Origin: Chthoniobacterales bacterium
Lineage (GTDB): Bacteria; Verrucomicrobiota; Verrucomicrobiia; Chthoniobacterales; Chthoniobacteraceae
Assembly (NCBI GenBank): GCA_038207335.1
Contig: JBBQZX010000008.1
Coordinates: 114,940-178,939 of the forward strand
Direction of reading: 5' to 3'
DNA length: 64,000 nt
Position 1 is the first letter of the stretch. Each line of letters begins with the position of its first letter. The notes below the pieces were generated by a model, which did no database searches, was not told the origin of the DNA, and saw only the letters and a list, made by a program, of their open reading frames with translations. Below are positions 55,704-64,000 of the stretch, in pieces. A program made the position numbers and the translations under genes.

Positions 55704-56978
55704 ATGATGAACGTCCGTGCGCTCACCAAAATCGACCGCTGGGTCGGCGTGCCGATGTGCTTCCTCCTCACTTGGTGGAAACATCTCACCGGCTGGACAA
55801 ATCCCGCCGACGGCGTGAAGCCCGAGGCCATCCTTTTCATCAAGCTCGCCGAGCAGGGCAGCACCGTCCTCGCCCACCTCGCGCTGCAAAAAGCCGTCGC
55901 CCGCGTCGGCCGCGACCACGTCTTCATGGTCGTCTTCGAGGACAACCGTTTCATCGTCGATGTCCTCGGCCTCATCCCCGCGGAGAACGTCCTCACCGTC
56001 AGCACCGACGGCGTACTGCCGCTCCTGCGCGAAGCCATGCACGCGCTCCTCCGCCTCCGCCGCATCACGAAGCTCGCCGCCATCGACCTCGAGTTTTTCG
56101 CCCGCGCCTCCGCTGCATTTTCCTACCTCAGCGGCGCCGCCGTGCGCGTCGGCTTCCACGCCTACTTCGGCGAAGGCCCTTACCGCGGCAAGCTGATGAG
56201 CCACCGCGTCCGCTACAATCCGAACCTCCACACCAGCCAGACCTTCGCCTCGCTCGTCGATGCGCTCGACATCGCGCCGCGCGACTTCCCGCGCTTCGAC
56301 CGCCCGCCGCCCGCCATCGAGCATCCCATCCCCAGCTTCGAGCCTCTGCCAGGCGAAATCGAAGCCGTCGAGAAGCTCCTTGCACTCCACAGCAAAAACG
56401 CGGGAGCCCGCCCGCTAATCCTTCTCAACGCCAACGCCAGCGACCTCATACCCCTCCGCCGCTGGGACGAAAACCGCTACGTCGAACTCGCCCAGCGCCT
56501 GATTGCCCGCTTCGGCAAGATCAATATCGCCTTCACCGGCGCGCCCGAGGAGTCCGTGAAAATCGACGCCCTCGTCCGCCGCATCGCCGACGACCGCGTT
56601 TTTTCCATGGCTGGAAAAACCACGCTCCGCCAACTCATGGTCCTCTACGGCCTCGCCGACGTGCTCGTGACCAACGACAGCGGCCCCGCGCACTTCGCCT
56701 CGCTCACGCAAATCCACACCGTCACACTCTTCGGCCCCGAGACCCCGCTGCTCTTCGCCGCCGTCACCCCGCGCAACACCCCCCTCACCGCCGGCCTTCC
56801 GTGCAGCCCCTGCGTCAGCGCGCTGAACAACCGCCAATCCGCCTGCCGCGACAACGCCTGCATGCAGCGCATCGCCGTCGATGAAGTCTTCGAAGCCGTC
56901 TGCCGCAGCCTCGCCGCCCGCGGCATCTCCGAGAAAATCGCACCCACTCCGGCCTCCCAAGACCTAGTCGCGAGCTAA
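55704..56978 (+). CDS. Glycosyltransferase family 9 (heptosyltransferase-like)
   Basis: IDRWVG, RRW, AGKTTL, VTNDSGPAHFA, LFGP, C-x-P-C. Confidence 0.88.
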   Translation: MMNVRALTKIDRWVGVPMCFLLTWWKHLTGWTNPADGVKPEAILFIKLAEQGSTVLAHLALQKAVARVGRDHVFMVVFEDNRFIVDVLGLIPAENVLTVSTDGVLPLLREAMHALLRLRRITKLAAIDLEFFARASAAFSYLSGAAVRVGFHAYFGEGPYRGKLMSHRVRYNPNLHTSQTFASLVDALDIAPRDFPRFDRPPPAIEHPIPSFEPLPGEIEAVEKLLALHSKNAGARPLILLNANASDLIPLRRWDENRYVELAQRLIARFGKINIAFTGAPEESVKIDALVRRIADDRVFSMAGKTTLRQLMVLYGLADVLVTNDSGPAHFASLTQIHTVTLFGPETPLLFAAVTPRNTPLTAGLPCSPCVSALNNRQSACRDNACMQRIAVDEVFEAVCRSLAARGISEKIAPTPASQDLVAS

Positions 56979-56985
56979 GACAGCG

Positions 56986-58530
56986 ATGACCGACACCCAG
57001 CCCGCGGGAACTCCCAAGTTCATCCCCGCCCTCATCGCCGGCCTCTTCCTCCTGCGATTCGGCTACCTCGCCTTCCCCGACCTCTTCCCCGAAGAAGCCT
57101 ACTACTGGAACTACGCCAACCACCTAGACATCGGCTATCTCGACCACCCGCCGATCGTAGCATGGCTTATCGCCGCTGGCACCCGCCTCTTCGGCGACTG
57201 CGAATTCGGCGTCCGCATCGGCGCCTTCCTTTGCTCGCTGGCTACCGCATTCTACGTCTTCCGCCTCACTGACCTACTCTACGGCCGACGTGCCGCATTC
57301 ACCGCCGTCCTGCTCGCGCAACTCCTCCCCTTCTTCTTTCTCACCGGCTTCATGATCACGCCGGACTCGCCGCTCACCACCTGTTGGGCCGCGATGCTCT
57401 ACTACCTCGCCCGCGTCTTCTTTCTTGGAAAATCGCGCGCCTGGCTGGGTGTTGGCATCAGCCTCGGAGTCGGGATGCTTTCAAAATACACTATCGCCCT
57501 GCTAGGCCCCGCCACGCTCCTTTTCCTAGTTCTCGATCCGACCTCGCGCGTCTGGTTCCGCCGCCCCGCGCCTTACCTCGCCGTAGCTCTCTCCGCGCTC
57601 ATTTTCACGCCAGTCCTTTGGTGGAATATCCACCACGATTGGGCTTCCTTTGCCTTTCAGGGAAAAGATCGCGTCACCGCCCGCCGCCACTTCTCCCTGC
57701 ACGAACTCCTAGCCTCAGCCCTAGCCATCCTCACACCGATCGGCCTTTATCTCGGCACCAAAATCCTTTGGAAAGGAAAGCCACTTCCCAGTTCTGAAAC
57801 CCGGACTTCCACACCCGAAGCAACCCATCGCCGACAGCTACTCTTCGTCCGCGTTTTCACCCTCGTCCCGCTCAGCGTTTTCCTATTCTTTAGCCTCACC
57901 CACCGCGTGAAGCTCAACTGGACCGGCCCCCTCTGGCTCGCGCTCATCCCCATGCTCGCCGCCGCCTTGGTCTTCCACTCAAAGACCGACCGCCCCGCAC
58001 TGCGCCTCGCATGGCATACAACCGGCGCCATCCTCGCCACCACCTACTTCATCTTCCTTCAATATCTCGCCCACGGTCTCCCCGGCCTTGGATACTCTCA
58101 CAATACCGAACTCCTCCCCGTCGGCTGGCGAGAGCTAGGCCGCGCATTGGAAACCCAACAACAAGCGCTCGAACAAAGCACCGGCAGCAAAGTCATGATC
58201 GTCGGCATGGACCGCAACTTTATCGCCAGCGAAGCCGCCTTCTACCACACCCATCCCGCCGCATCGGTCTCCCAAGTCACCGGCGCTCACCTCTTCGGCG
58301 GACGAAGCCTCATGTATAAATTCTGGCGTCCCGCCAGCGCCGAAGAAAACGCCACCCTGCTCCTCGCCAGCTTTGAGAAAGTAACCATCGACGACAACTC
58401 GATCGAAGAACACACCGACGCCCTCGGTCGCATCGAGTCCCAGCTACTCATCCGAAACAACAAGGCCATCCGCATTCTATACACCCGCCACGCAACTGGC
58501 TACCACTCTCACCTTACGCGCGATCGTTAG
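56986..58530 (+). CDS. ArnT/PMT_2-like (GT39/GT83) membrane glycosyltransferase
   Basis: EEAYYW, GYLDHPP, TPDSPL, LSKYT, KLNWT. Confidence 0.85.
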   Translation: MTDTQPAGTPKFIPALIAGLFLLRFGYLAFPDLFPEEAYYWNYANHLDIGYLDHPPIVAWLIAAGTRLFGDCEFGVRIGAFLCSLATAFYVFRLTDLLYGRRAAFTAVLLAQLLPFFFLTGFMITPDSPLTTCWAAMLYYLARVFFLGKSRAWLGVGISLGVGMLSKYTIALLGPATLLFLVLDPTSRVWFRRPAPYLAVALSALIFTPVLWWNIHHDWASFAFQGKDRVTARRHFSLHELLASALAILTPIGLYLGTKILWKGKPLPSSETRTSTPEATHRRQLLFVRVFTLVPLSVFLFFSLTHRVKLNWTGPLWLALIPMLAAALVFHSKTDRPALRLAWHTTGAILATTYFIFLQYLAHGLPGLGYSHNTELLPVGWRELGRALETQQQALEQSTGSKVMIVGMDRNFIASEAAFYHTHPAASVSQVTGAHLFGGRSLMYKFWRPASAEENATLLLASFEKVTIDDNSIEEHTDALGRIESQLLIRNNKAIRILYTRHATGYHSHLTRDR

Positions 58531-58686
58531 CGGCCCCTCTCTCCCTCCTTCAACGCCGTTCCCGCGTTTCTGCCAATCGTCTCTAGGCTGAAACACACCA
58601 TTTTCTACCGCTGCATCCCAGACCGTCGCGGCTCTTTCTGCGAGACTTCCTAAGCGAATAGTTTTAGATGCGTTGATACAAAATCA

Positions 58687-60402
58687 ATGCGCCTCCTTTC
58701 CAGAACCTTCTCTGCCACCTTCGCGCTGCTGCCGCTCATTTTCACGCCAAACAGCCGCGCGGAAGAGCCGAAAGTTGGCATGCTGAGTCCATTCGGCATC
58801 GGCGCGTGCAATCAAACTTCGCAAGAGCTTGAAAAATGGATTCCACAGATGGAGTCCATCGGCCTGCATGTCATGCGCACAGCCCGCACGATTTGGGGAG
58901 ATGTGGAACCAGAGGAAGGTAAATGGACATGGGAGACGCTGGACAAGCAAATGGCTTACCTGACCGAGCATCAATTTCAATACGGCGGCCTGCTCTACGG
59001 AGGCGTCCGCTGGAATACCAAAGACAAGTCTGGCACCTTGCCGGTGAACAACCTGCCAGCATGGAGCGCCTACGTTTCGGAACTGGTGAAGCATTCCAAA
59101 AGCAAGGTAAAATACTGGGAGCTATGGAACGAGCCACCGAACGGGACTGGCCGCGATCAAACCCCCGCAGATTACGCGAAACTTATGGTAGCCACCTACG
59201 ACGCCGCAAAGACGTCCGACCCCGATTGCCTCGTTGGCCTCGCAGCAAAGTCCAACCATGTGAACTACCTCGAGCAAACGATCAGAGCCGGCGCTAAAGA
59301 ACATTACGACTTCATCGTCCTGCATCCTTACGAAGTCCTGAACGGCATCGCCGACAACGTGGGAACGGAATCTGTCTTCATGCACGTCGTTCCAACCCTG
59401 CGAAAGATGCTGGCAGCTCAAGACCCGGCCAAGGTGGACGTGCCGGTCATCTTCACGGAGCTAGGTTGCGATGGAAAGAAAGGCGCGGACGTGCAGGCTC
59501 ACGCGTTGGTCAAGGCCTACAGCATGGGAATCGCACAAGGGGTCGCGTGCATCGAATGGTTTGAAGGCATGGACGGCGACAGCGGACCGATGGGACTGCT
59601 GAAACGCGACGGCACTCCGCGCCCGTCCTATACTGCGATGGGCCAGATGATCCGGCATCTCGGACAACATCCAACTTACCTCGGATGGCTCTTGCTCAAT
59701 GGCAAAGACTACGGATTCGTCTTCCAAGGCGCCGACGGCACCGTCCTCGCAACATGGGCTGCGCGCGGGGTGGCGGATCGGGTTACTTTTGAACAGCCTG
59801 TGCAAGTCGTAGATCCTTTGACTGGCGCAACGAGCAGCGCCGAAGCCTATGATCTTACCACCGCGCCAATTCTTGTGCTTGGAGTTCCCGCGAAGCTGGT
59901 CGCGAAAGCTCGGGCCAACAAAGACAAGCCGTTTCTCTGGGACGGCGACTACACCGATACGAAGTCTGTCTCTGTCACGATGGGAGACAAAAACGTCGAA
60001 AAAGGCCTTCACACGATGTCTGGTAATGCTGTGGCCGAGGCGGTCGTAGCTTACGGCGGCTCGGCACGCGCGGGAAATGTCCCTGGCGGCAATGTCTTCG
60101 TCGTCGATCCCAATTTCCTCTCCTACACCACCACTCCCATCGAGATCACCGCCGTCGTCCGACGGAACGAAGCCAACGACAACGCCGGCTTCAATCTCCA
60201 ATACGAATCGACCAGCGGACTGAAAGGCGGTCCCGGCTGGTTCACCGTGCCGGACAACAAGCGATGGCACACTGTGACGTGGAAGATCGACGACGCGCAG
60301 TTCGTCAATTTTTTCGGCTTCAATTTCTCGTTCAATTCCGACGGTGACAAATTCAACAAGTATTACATTCGAAGTGTGACTGTAACGAAGCGCGCGAACT
60401 AA
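58687..60402 (+). CDS. Secreted clan GH-A glycoside hydrolase (GH39/GH5-like) with C-terminal beta-sandwich
   Basis: Signal peptide, WGDVEPEEG.W, WELWNEP, HPY, FTELG. Confidence 0.72.
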   Translation: MRLLSRTFSATFALLPLIFTPNSRAEEPKVGMLSPFGIGACNQTSQELEKWIPQMESIGLHVMRTARTIWGDVEPEEGKWTWETLDKQMAYLTEHQFQYGGLLYGGVRWNTKDKSGTLPVNNLPAWSAYVSELVKHSKSKVKYWELWNEPPNGTGRDQTPADYAKLMVATYDAAKTSDPDCLVGLAAKSNHVNYLEQTIRAGAKEHYDFIVLHPYEVLNGIADNVGTESVFMHVVPTLRKMLAAQDPAKVDVPVIFTELGCDGKKGADVQAHALVKAYSMGIAQGVACIEWFEGMDGDSGPMGLLKRDGTPRPSYTAMGQMIRHLGQHPTYLGWLLLNGKDYGFVFQGADGTVLATWAARGVADRVTFEQPVQVVDPLTGATSSAEAYDLTTAPILVLGVPAKLVAKARANKDKPFLWDGDYTDTKSVSVTMGDKNVEKGLHTMSGNAVAEAVVAYGGSARAGNVPGGNVFVVDPNFLSYTTTPIEITAVVRRNEANDNAGFNLQYESTSGLKGGPGWFTVPDNKRWHTVTWKIDDAQFVNFFGFNFSFNSDGDKFNKYYIRSVTVTKRAN

Positions 60403-60514
60403 CGTGCCATTGATCCACAAATGACGGCGGGCGAGTGCGCAATCAAGTGTCGACCGGCCTTTCACCAACCCTCGAGGGAATCGACACCACGAAAATCTGC
60501 ACGAGTTTCCCTCC

Positions 60515-60531
60515 TGGGCACGGGCCTTGCG
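60515..60531 (+). promoter_or_regulatory. Candidate sigma-54 (-24/-12) promoter
   Basis: GGCACG-GGCC-TTGC with exact GG-N10-GC spacing, ~90 nt upstream of the kinase gene. Confidence 0.55.
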
Positions 60532-60622
60532 TTGGAGCCGGCATGACTTTCGCTAATCATCCGCACCTGGCAGGCTTTCGCACCGCGAATCCTCGCGGGC
60601 TCCAATCGCTTCGGGCTTTATC

Positions 60623-63058
60623 GTGAAGCAGTGGTTTCATAATCTTAAGGTTTCGCAGAAGTTGCTGTTGATCAGCATCTTCTTCGTCATGCCGGACTCG
60701 TTGATGCTGTATTTTTTTATCACGGGCATCAACACAAACATCCAATTCGCCAGGCTCGAAGAGAAAGGAAATCGGTATCAAGAGCCGCTCGAAGAACTCC
60801 TGAATTTGATCCCCCAGCATTCGCTTGAGGCGCAGCGAATCCGCGACGGAGGCGGTATTGCACGAGAGCGGCTGAGCCGTCTGGAGGGACAAATCGATGG
60901 CGCGTTCGAGGCATTGAAGAGCGTCGATGCAAAGATCGGGGCCGACCTTTGCTTCACCGACGATGGCCTCGCGAAACGGCACCGGGAGCATTACCGGGTG
61001 GCTACTTTGGAAGGCGAATGGGAGGCGTTGAAGACTCGACTTCCGCAGCTCGACGACGATGCCACGGTTCAGCAGCACGAGCATTTGGTCGCTGATGTGC
61101 GCGTGATGATTACCCATGCCGGCGACCTCTCGAATCTTATCCTCGATCCCGATCTCGATAGCTACTACCTAATGGATGCGACCCTGCTCGCGCTGCCGCA
61201 GACCCAGCACCGGCTCGCAGGGATGATTTCGCGCGGGCAGGCTGTGCTTCAACGTCAGGGCATCTCGGAAGCCGAGCGGAAGAGCTTCGCGGTTTTCGCA
61301 ACGCTGCTCAACGAGACGGACTTTGAGCGCATCGTTGGAAGCCTGCAGACTGCGCTGAACGAAGATCGGAATTTCTATGGAACCAGCCCGACTTTGCAGG
61401 CACGCCTGCCCGGCGTGATGCGTGAATATGTGAGGGGCGCGGAGGAGTTTATCGCGCTGACCCAACGCCTCGCTGGAGAGGAAAAGGGTGACATTTCGGC
61501 GCGCGAATACGTGGCCTCTGGCAGCCGCGTGAGGGAGGCGAGTTTCAAGCTTTGGACTGTCGCGGAGGAGGAGCTGAACACGCTGCTGCGCACGCGGATC
61601 GAGTCGTATCAGCACCGGCGATCACGGAGCCTTATCGTTGCGGCGCTGGCGGGTTTGGCGGCGTTCGGCTTCGTCACTTTCATCACACGAAGCATCAGCG
61701 GACCGTTGCGACGGCAGGCCGCGGCACTGCGGAAAGCCAACGATACTTTGCAGGAGGAAATCGGAGAGCGGCAGCGGGCCGAAACCGCGTTGCGCGCAGC
61801 TGAGGAAAAGTATCGCGGGATATTCGAGAACTCGGTCGAGGGCATTTTCCAAACCACCGTTGACGGGCATTATCTCGTGGCGAATCCCACGCTGGCGAAG
61901 ATGTATGGCTATGACACGGTCGCAGAGCTGCAGACCGGCATGACGGACATCGGCGGACGGCTTTACGTGGATCCGAACCGGCGGGAGGAATTTCGGCGCC
62001 GCGTGGCGGAAGATGGTACGCTTCACGGATTCGAATCGCAGGTTTACCGCGGGGATGGGAGCGTCATTTGGATCTCCGAAACCGCGCGGGCTGAGCGCGA
62101 CGGCACGGGCGCGGTGCTTTACTATGAAGGAACCGTCGAGGACATCAGCGACCGCAAACGCAGCGAGGCGGCGCTCGAGAACCTGCACAAGCAGCTCGTC
62201 GAGGCCTCGCGCGAGGCCGGCATGGCGGAAGTCGCAACCGGCGTCCTGCACAACGTCGGCAACGTGCTCAACAGCGTGAACGTTTCCGCGCTGCTCATTG
62301 TGGAGCGGCTCAGCAAATCGCGCATCTCGCACCTCGCGAATATCTCCGTGCTACTGCGGGAAAACGCTGGTGATCTCACGGGCTTTCTCACGAACGATCC
62401 GAGAGGCAGAAAGCTGCCAGCATTCATCAGCTCACTCGCGGAGCGGCTCGGCGTGGAGCAAGTGGAAATGCTTCGCGAGCTGGAGGGGCTGACGAAAAAC
62501 GTCGCGCACATCAAGGAGATCGTCTCCGTGCAGCAGAGTTACGCGAAAGTTTCCGGCGTAATCGAGTCGCTGGAGGCCACCGCTTTGGTCGAAGACGCGC
62601 TGGAAATGAATGGCGCAGCATTCGACCGGCATTGTGTGGAGGTCGTGCGGGAATTCGAAGACGTGCCGATGGTGCGGGTGGATAAACACAAGGTCTTGCA
62701 GATCCTCATCAATCTCATCCGCAATGCGAAATACGCCGTGAGTGAGAGCTCGCGGCGCGACAAAAAGATGACCGTCCGAATCGGCGCTAATGGAGACGGA
62801 CGCGTGAAAATCTTAGTGGAGGACAACGGCATCGGCATTGCGCAGGAAAATCTTTCCCGCATTTTCGCCCACGGCTTCACAACGAAAAAAGACGGCCACG
62901 GCTTTGGCCTCCACAGCGCTGCACTCGCGGCGACGGAAACCGGCGGCGCGCTCTCCGCGCATAGTGAAGGGCCGGGGCGTGGTGCTATATTCACACTCGA
63001 ACTGCCCGCTGAGGAGACGCCAGCCAGACCTCCGAAACCGCTCGCGCTCGCTCATTAA
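60623..63058 (+). CDS. Membrane sensor histidine kinase (periplasmic helical sensor, PAS, HATPase)
   Basis: Two TMs, SNLILDPDLDSYYLMD, PAS, VLHNVGNVLNS, NLIRNA, GFTTKKDGHGFGLH; GTG start. Confidence 0.9.
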   Translation: MKQWFHNLKVSQKLLLISIFFVMPDSLMLYFFITGINTNIQFARLEEKGNRYQEPLEELLNLIPQHSLEAQRIRDGGGIARERLSRLEGQIDGAFEALKSVDAKIGADLCFTDDGLAKRHREHYRVATLEGEWEALKTRLPQLDDDATVQQHEHLVADVRVMITHAGDLSNLILDPDLDSYYLMDATLLALPQTQHRLAGMISRGQAVLQRQGISEAERKSFAVFATLLNETDFERIVGSLQTALNEDRNFYGTSPTLQARLPGVMREYVRGAEEFIALTQRLAGEEKGDISAREYVASGSRVREASFKLWTVAEEELNTLLRTRIESYQHRRSRSLIVAALAGLAAFGFVTFITRSISGPLRRQAAALRKANDTLQEEIGERQRAETALRAAEEKYRGIFENSVEGIFQTTVDGHYLVANPTLAKMYGYDTVAELQTGMTDIGGRLYVDPNRREEFRRRVAEDGTLHGFESQVYRGDGSVIWISETARAERDGTGAVLYYEGTVEDISDRKRSEAALENLHKQLVEASREAGMAEVATGVLHNVGNVLNSVNVSALLIVERLSKSRISHLANISVLLRENAGDLTGFLTNDPRGRKLPAFISSLAERLGVEQVEMLRELEGLTKNVAHIKEIVSVQQSYAKVSGVIESLEATALVEDALEMNGAAFDRHCVEVVREFEDVPMVRVDKHKVLQILINLIRNAKYAVSESSRRDKKMTVRIGANGDGRVKILVEDNGIGIAQENLSRIFAHGFTTKKDGHGFGLHSAALAATETGGALSAHSEGPGRGAIFTLELPAEETPARPPKPLALAH

Positions 63059-63070
63059 CGATTTCCTCTG

Positions 63071-64000
63071 ATGCTCAATTCCAACGACATGATCGCCGCT
63101 TTCGGAGAGCGAAATCAACGGATTCTGATCATCGATGACAACACGGCGATTCACGACGACGTCCGCAAAATCCTAGGCGCGCCTTCCCAGGAAGACTCCT
63201 CGCTCGACAGCGAAGCGGCGGAACTTTTCGGCTTCGAGCCCGAGGCAATGGCCGGGGCCGAATTCGAGATCGACTCCGCTTTTCAAGGCCAGGAGGGGCT
63301 CGCGAAGGTCCAGCACGCGCTCGATCAGGGAAGGCCGTATGCGATGGCCTTTGTCGATGTGCGGATGCCACCAGGGTGGGATGGCATCGAGACAATCAGC
63401 CGGATTTGGAAGGCCTATCCCGAGCTACAAGTCGTCATTTGCACCGCATACTCGGACTACTCATGGGCCGAAATGATCCGAAAAGTCGGGAAGACGGACA
63501 GCCTCGTGATTTTAAAAAAGCCCTTCGACAACGTCGAGGTGCTGCAGCTCGCGCACACGCTCACGCGCAAATGGACGCTCAGCAATCGCCTGCAAATCCA
63601 CCTCGACGGGCTCGACAAAATCGTCTCAACCCGAACGCACGAACTGCAATCGGCCAACGCAAAACTGCGCAAGGAAATGGCCGATCGCGCGCAGGCCGAG
63701 AAAGAGCTCAATCGCTCGGAAGAGCGCTTTGCCAAAGCATTCCAGGCCAGCCCGATCCCGATGGCGATCCAGTCACTCACGACCGATCGCTTCATCGACG
63801 TGAATGAAGCATTCGTCTCGATGTCGGGTTTTCGCAGGCTGGAAGTCATCAGCCACACGCCGGGCGAGCTCGACCTCTGCCCGGACGCCGACACGCCGCT
63901 TTTGCTCCGGCTGCGTCTCAGTGAAGAGCGGTCCGTCCGGCATTTCGAGTGTCAGATCCGGACCCGCGCCGGCGAGCTTCGCGACTGCATGGTCTCGGCC
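63071..64000 (+). CDS. Receiver + PAS signalling protein, 3'-truncated by the window edge (absent from the ORF track)
   Basis: Read by hand: RILIIDDN..IHDD.RKIL, AFVDVRMPPGWDG, ICTAYSDYSW, KKPFD, then ERFAKAFQASP (PAS). Confidence 0.88.
   Translation, partial: MLNSNDMIAAFGERNQRILIIDDNTAIHDDVRKILGAPSQEDSSLDSEAAELFGFEPEAMAGAEFEIDSAFQGQEGLAKVQHALDQGRPYAMAFVDVRMPPGWDGIETISRIWKAYPELQVVICTAYSDYSWAEMIRKVGKTDSLVILKKPFDNVEVLQLAHTLTRKWTLSNRLQIHLDGLDKIVSTRTHELQSANAKLRKEMADRAQAEKELNRSEERFAKAFQASPIPMAIQSLTTDRFIDVNEAFVSMSGFRRLEVISHTPGELDLCPDADTPLLLRLRLSEERSVRHFECQIRTRAGELRDCMVSA

Overview
GC-rich bacterial chromosome segment, most likely Verrucomicrobiota (Chthoniobacter/Spartobacteria-like; inferred from the extended GreA, split CoaC, the IEPLEARIAPA-type N-terminus and gene order, not from a database search). 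It holds the probable replication origin (DnaA boxes, dnaA, dnaN, tRNA-Leu CAG) and a surface-glycan locus with a complete GDP-heptose-type pathway plus its own transaldolase. Housekeeping genes include greA, tatC, argA, ilvN, yicC-gmk-coaC, recA and htpG. There is also an ars operon, an ECF sigma / membrane VWA pair, several two-component genes (one response regulator broken by a 1-nt frameshift), a heavy-metal-type RND system and LPS-modifying glycosyltransferases. The standout is a ~3380-aa protein with exactly 28 FG-GAP repeats arranged as four tandem 7-bladed integrin-alpha-like propellers in A-B-A-B order. It has no recognisable export signal other than a LEPR-XLL-like N-terminal motif and is directly followed by a TIGR03032/DUF4915 gene. 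Other notable items: a 78-aa Ala/Lys/Pro histone-H1-like gene, GTAG-type REP/REPIN hairpins, and kilobase-scale G/C strand-skew domains that ignore gene orientation. No CRISPR array, transposase, integrase or rRNA was seen. Family assignments come from motif recognition; many start codons were trimmed by hand relative to the ORF track.
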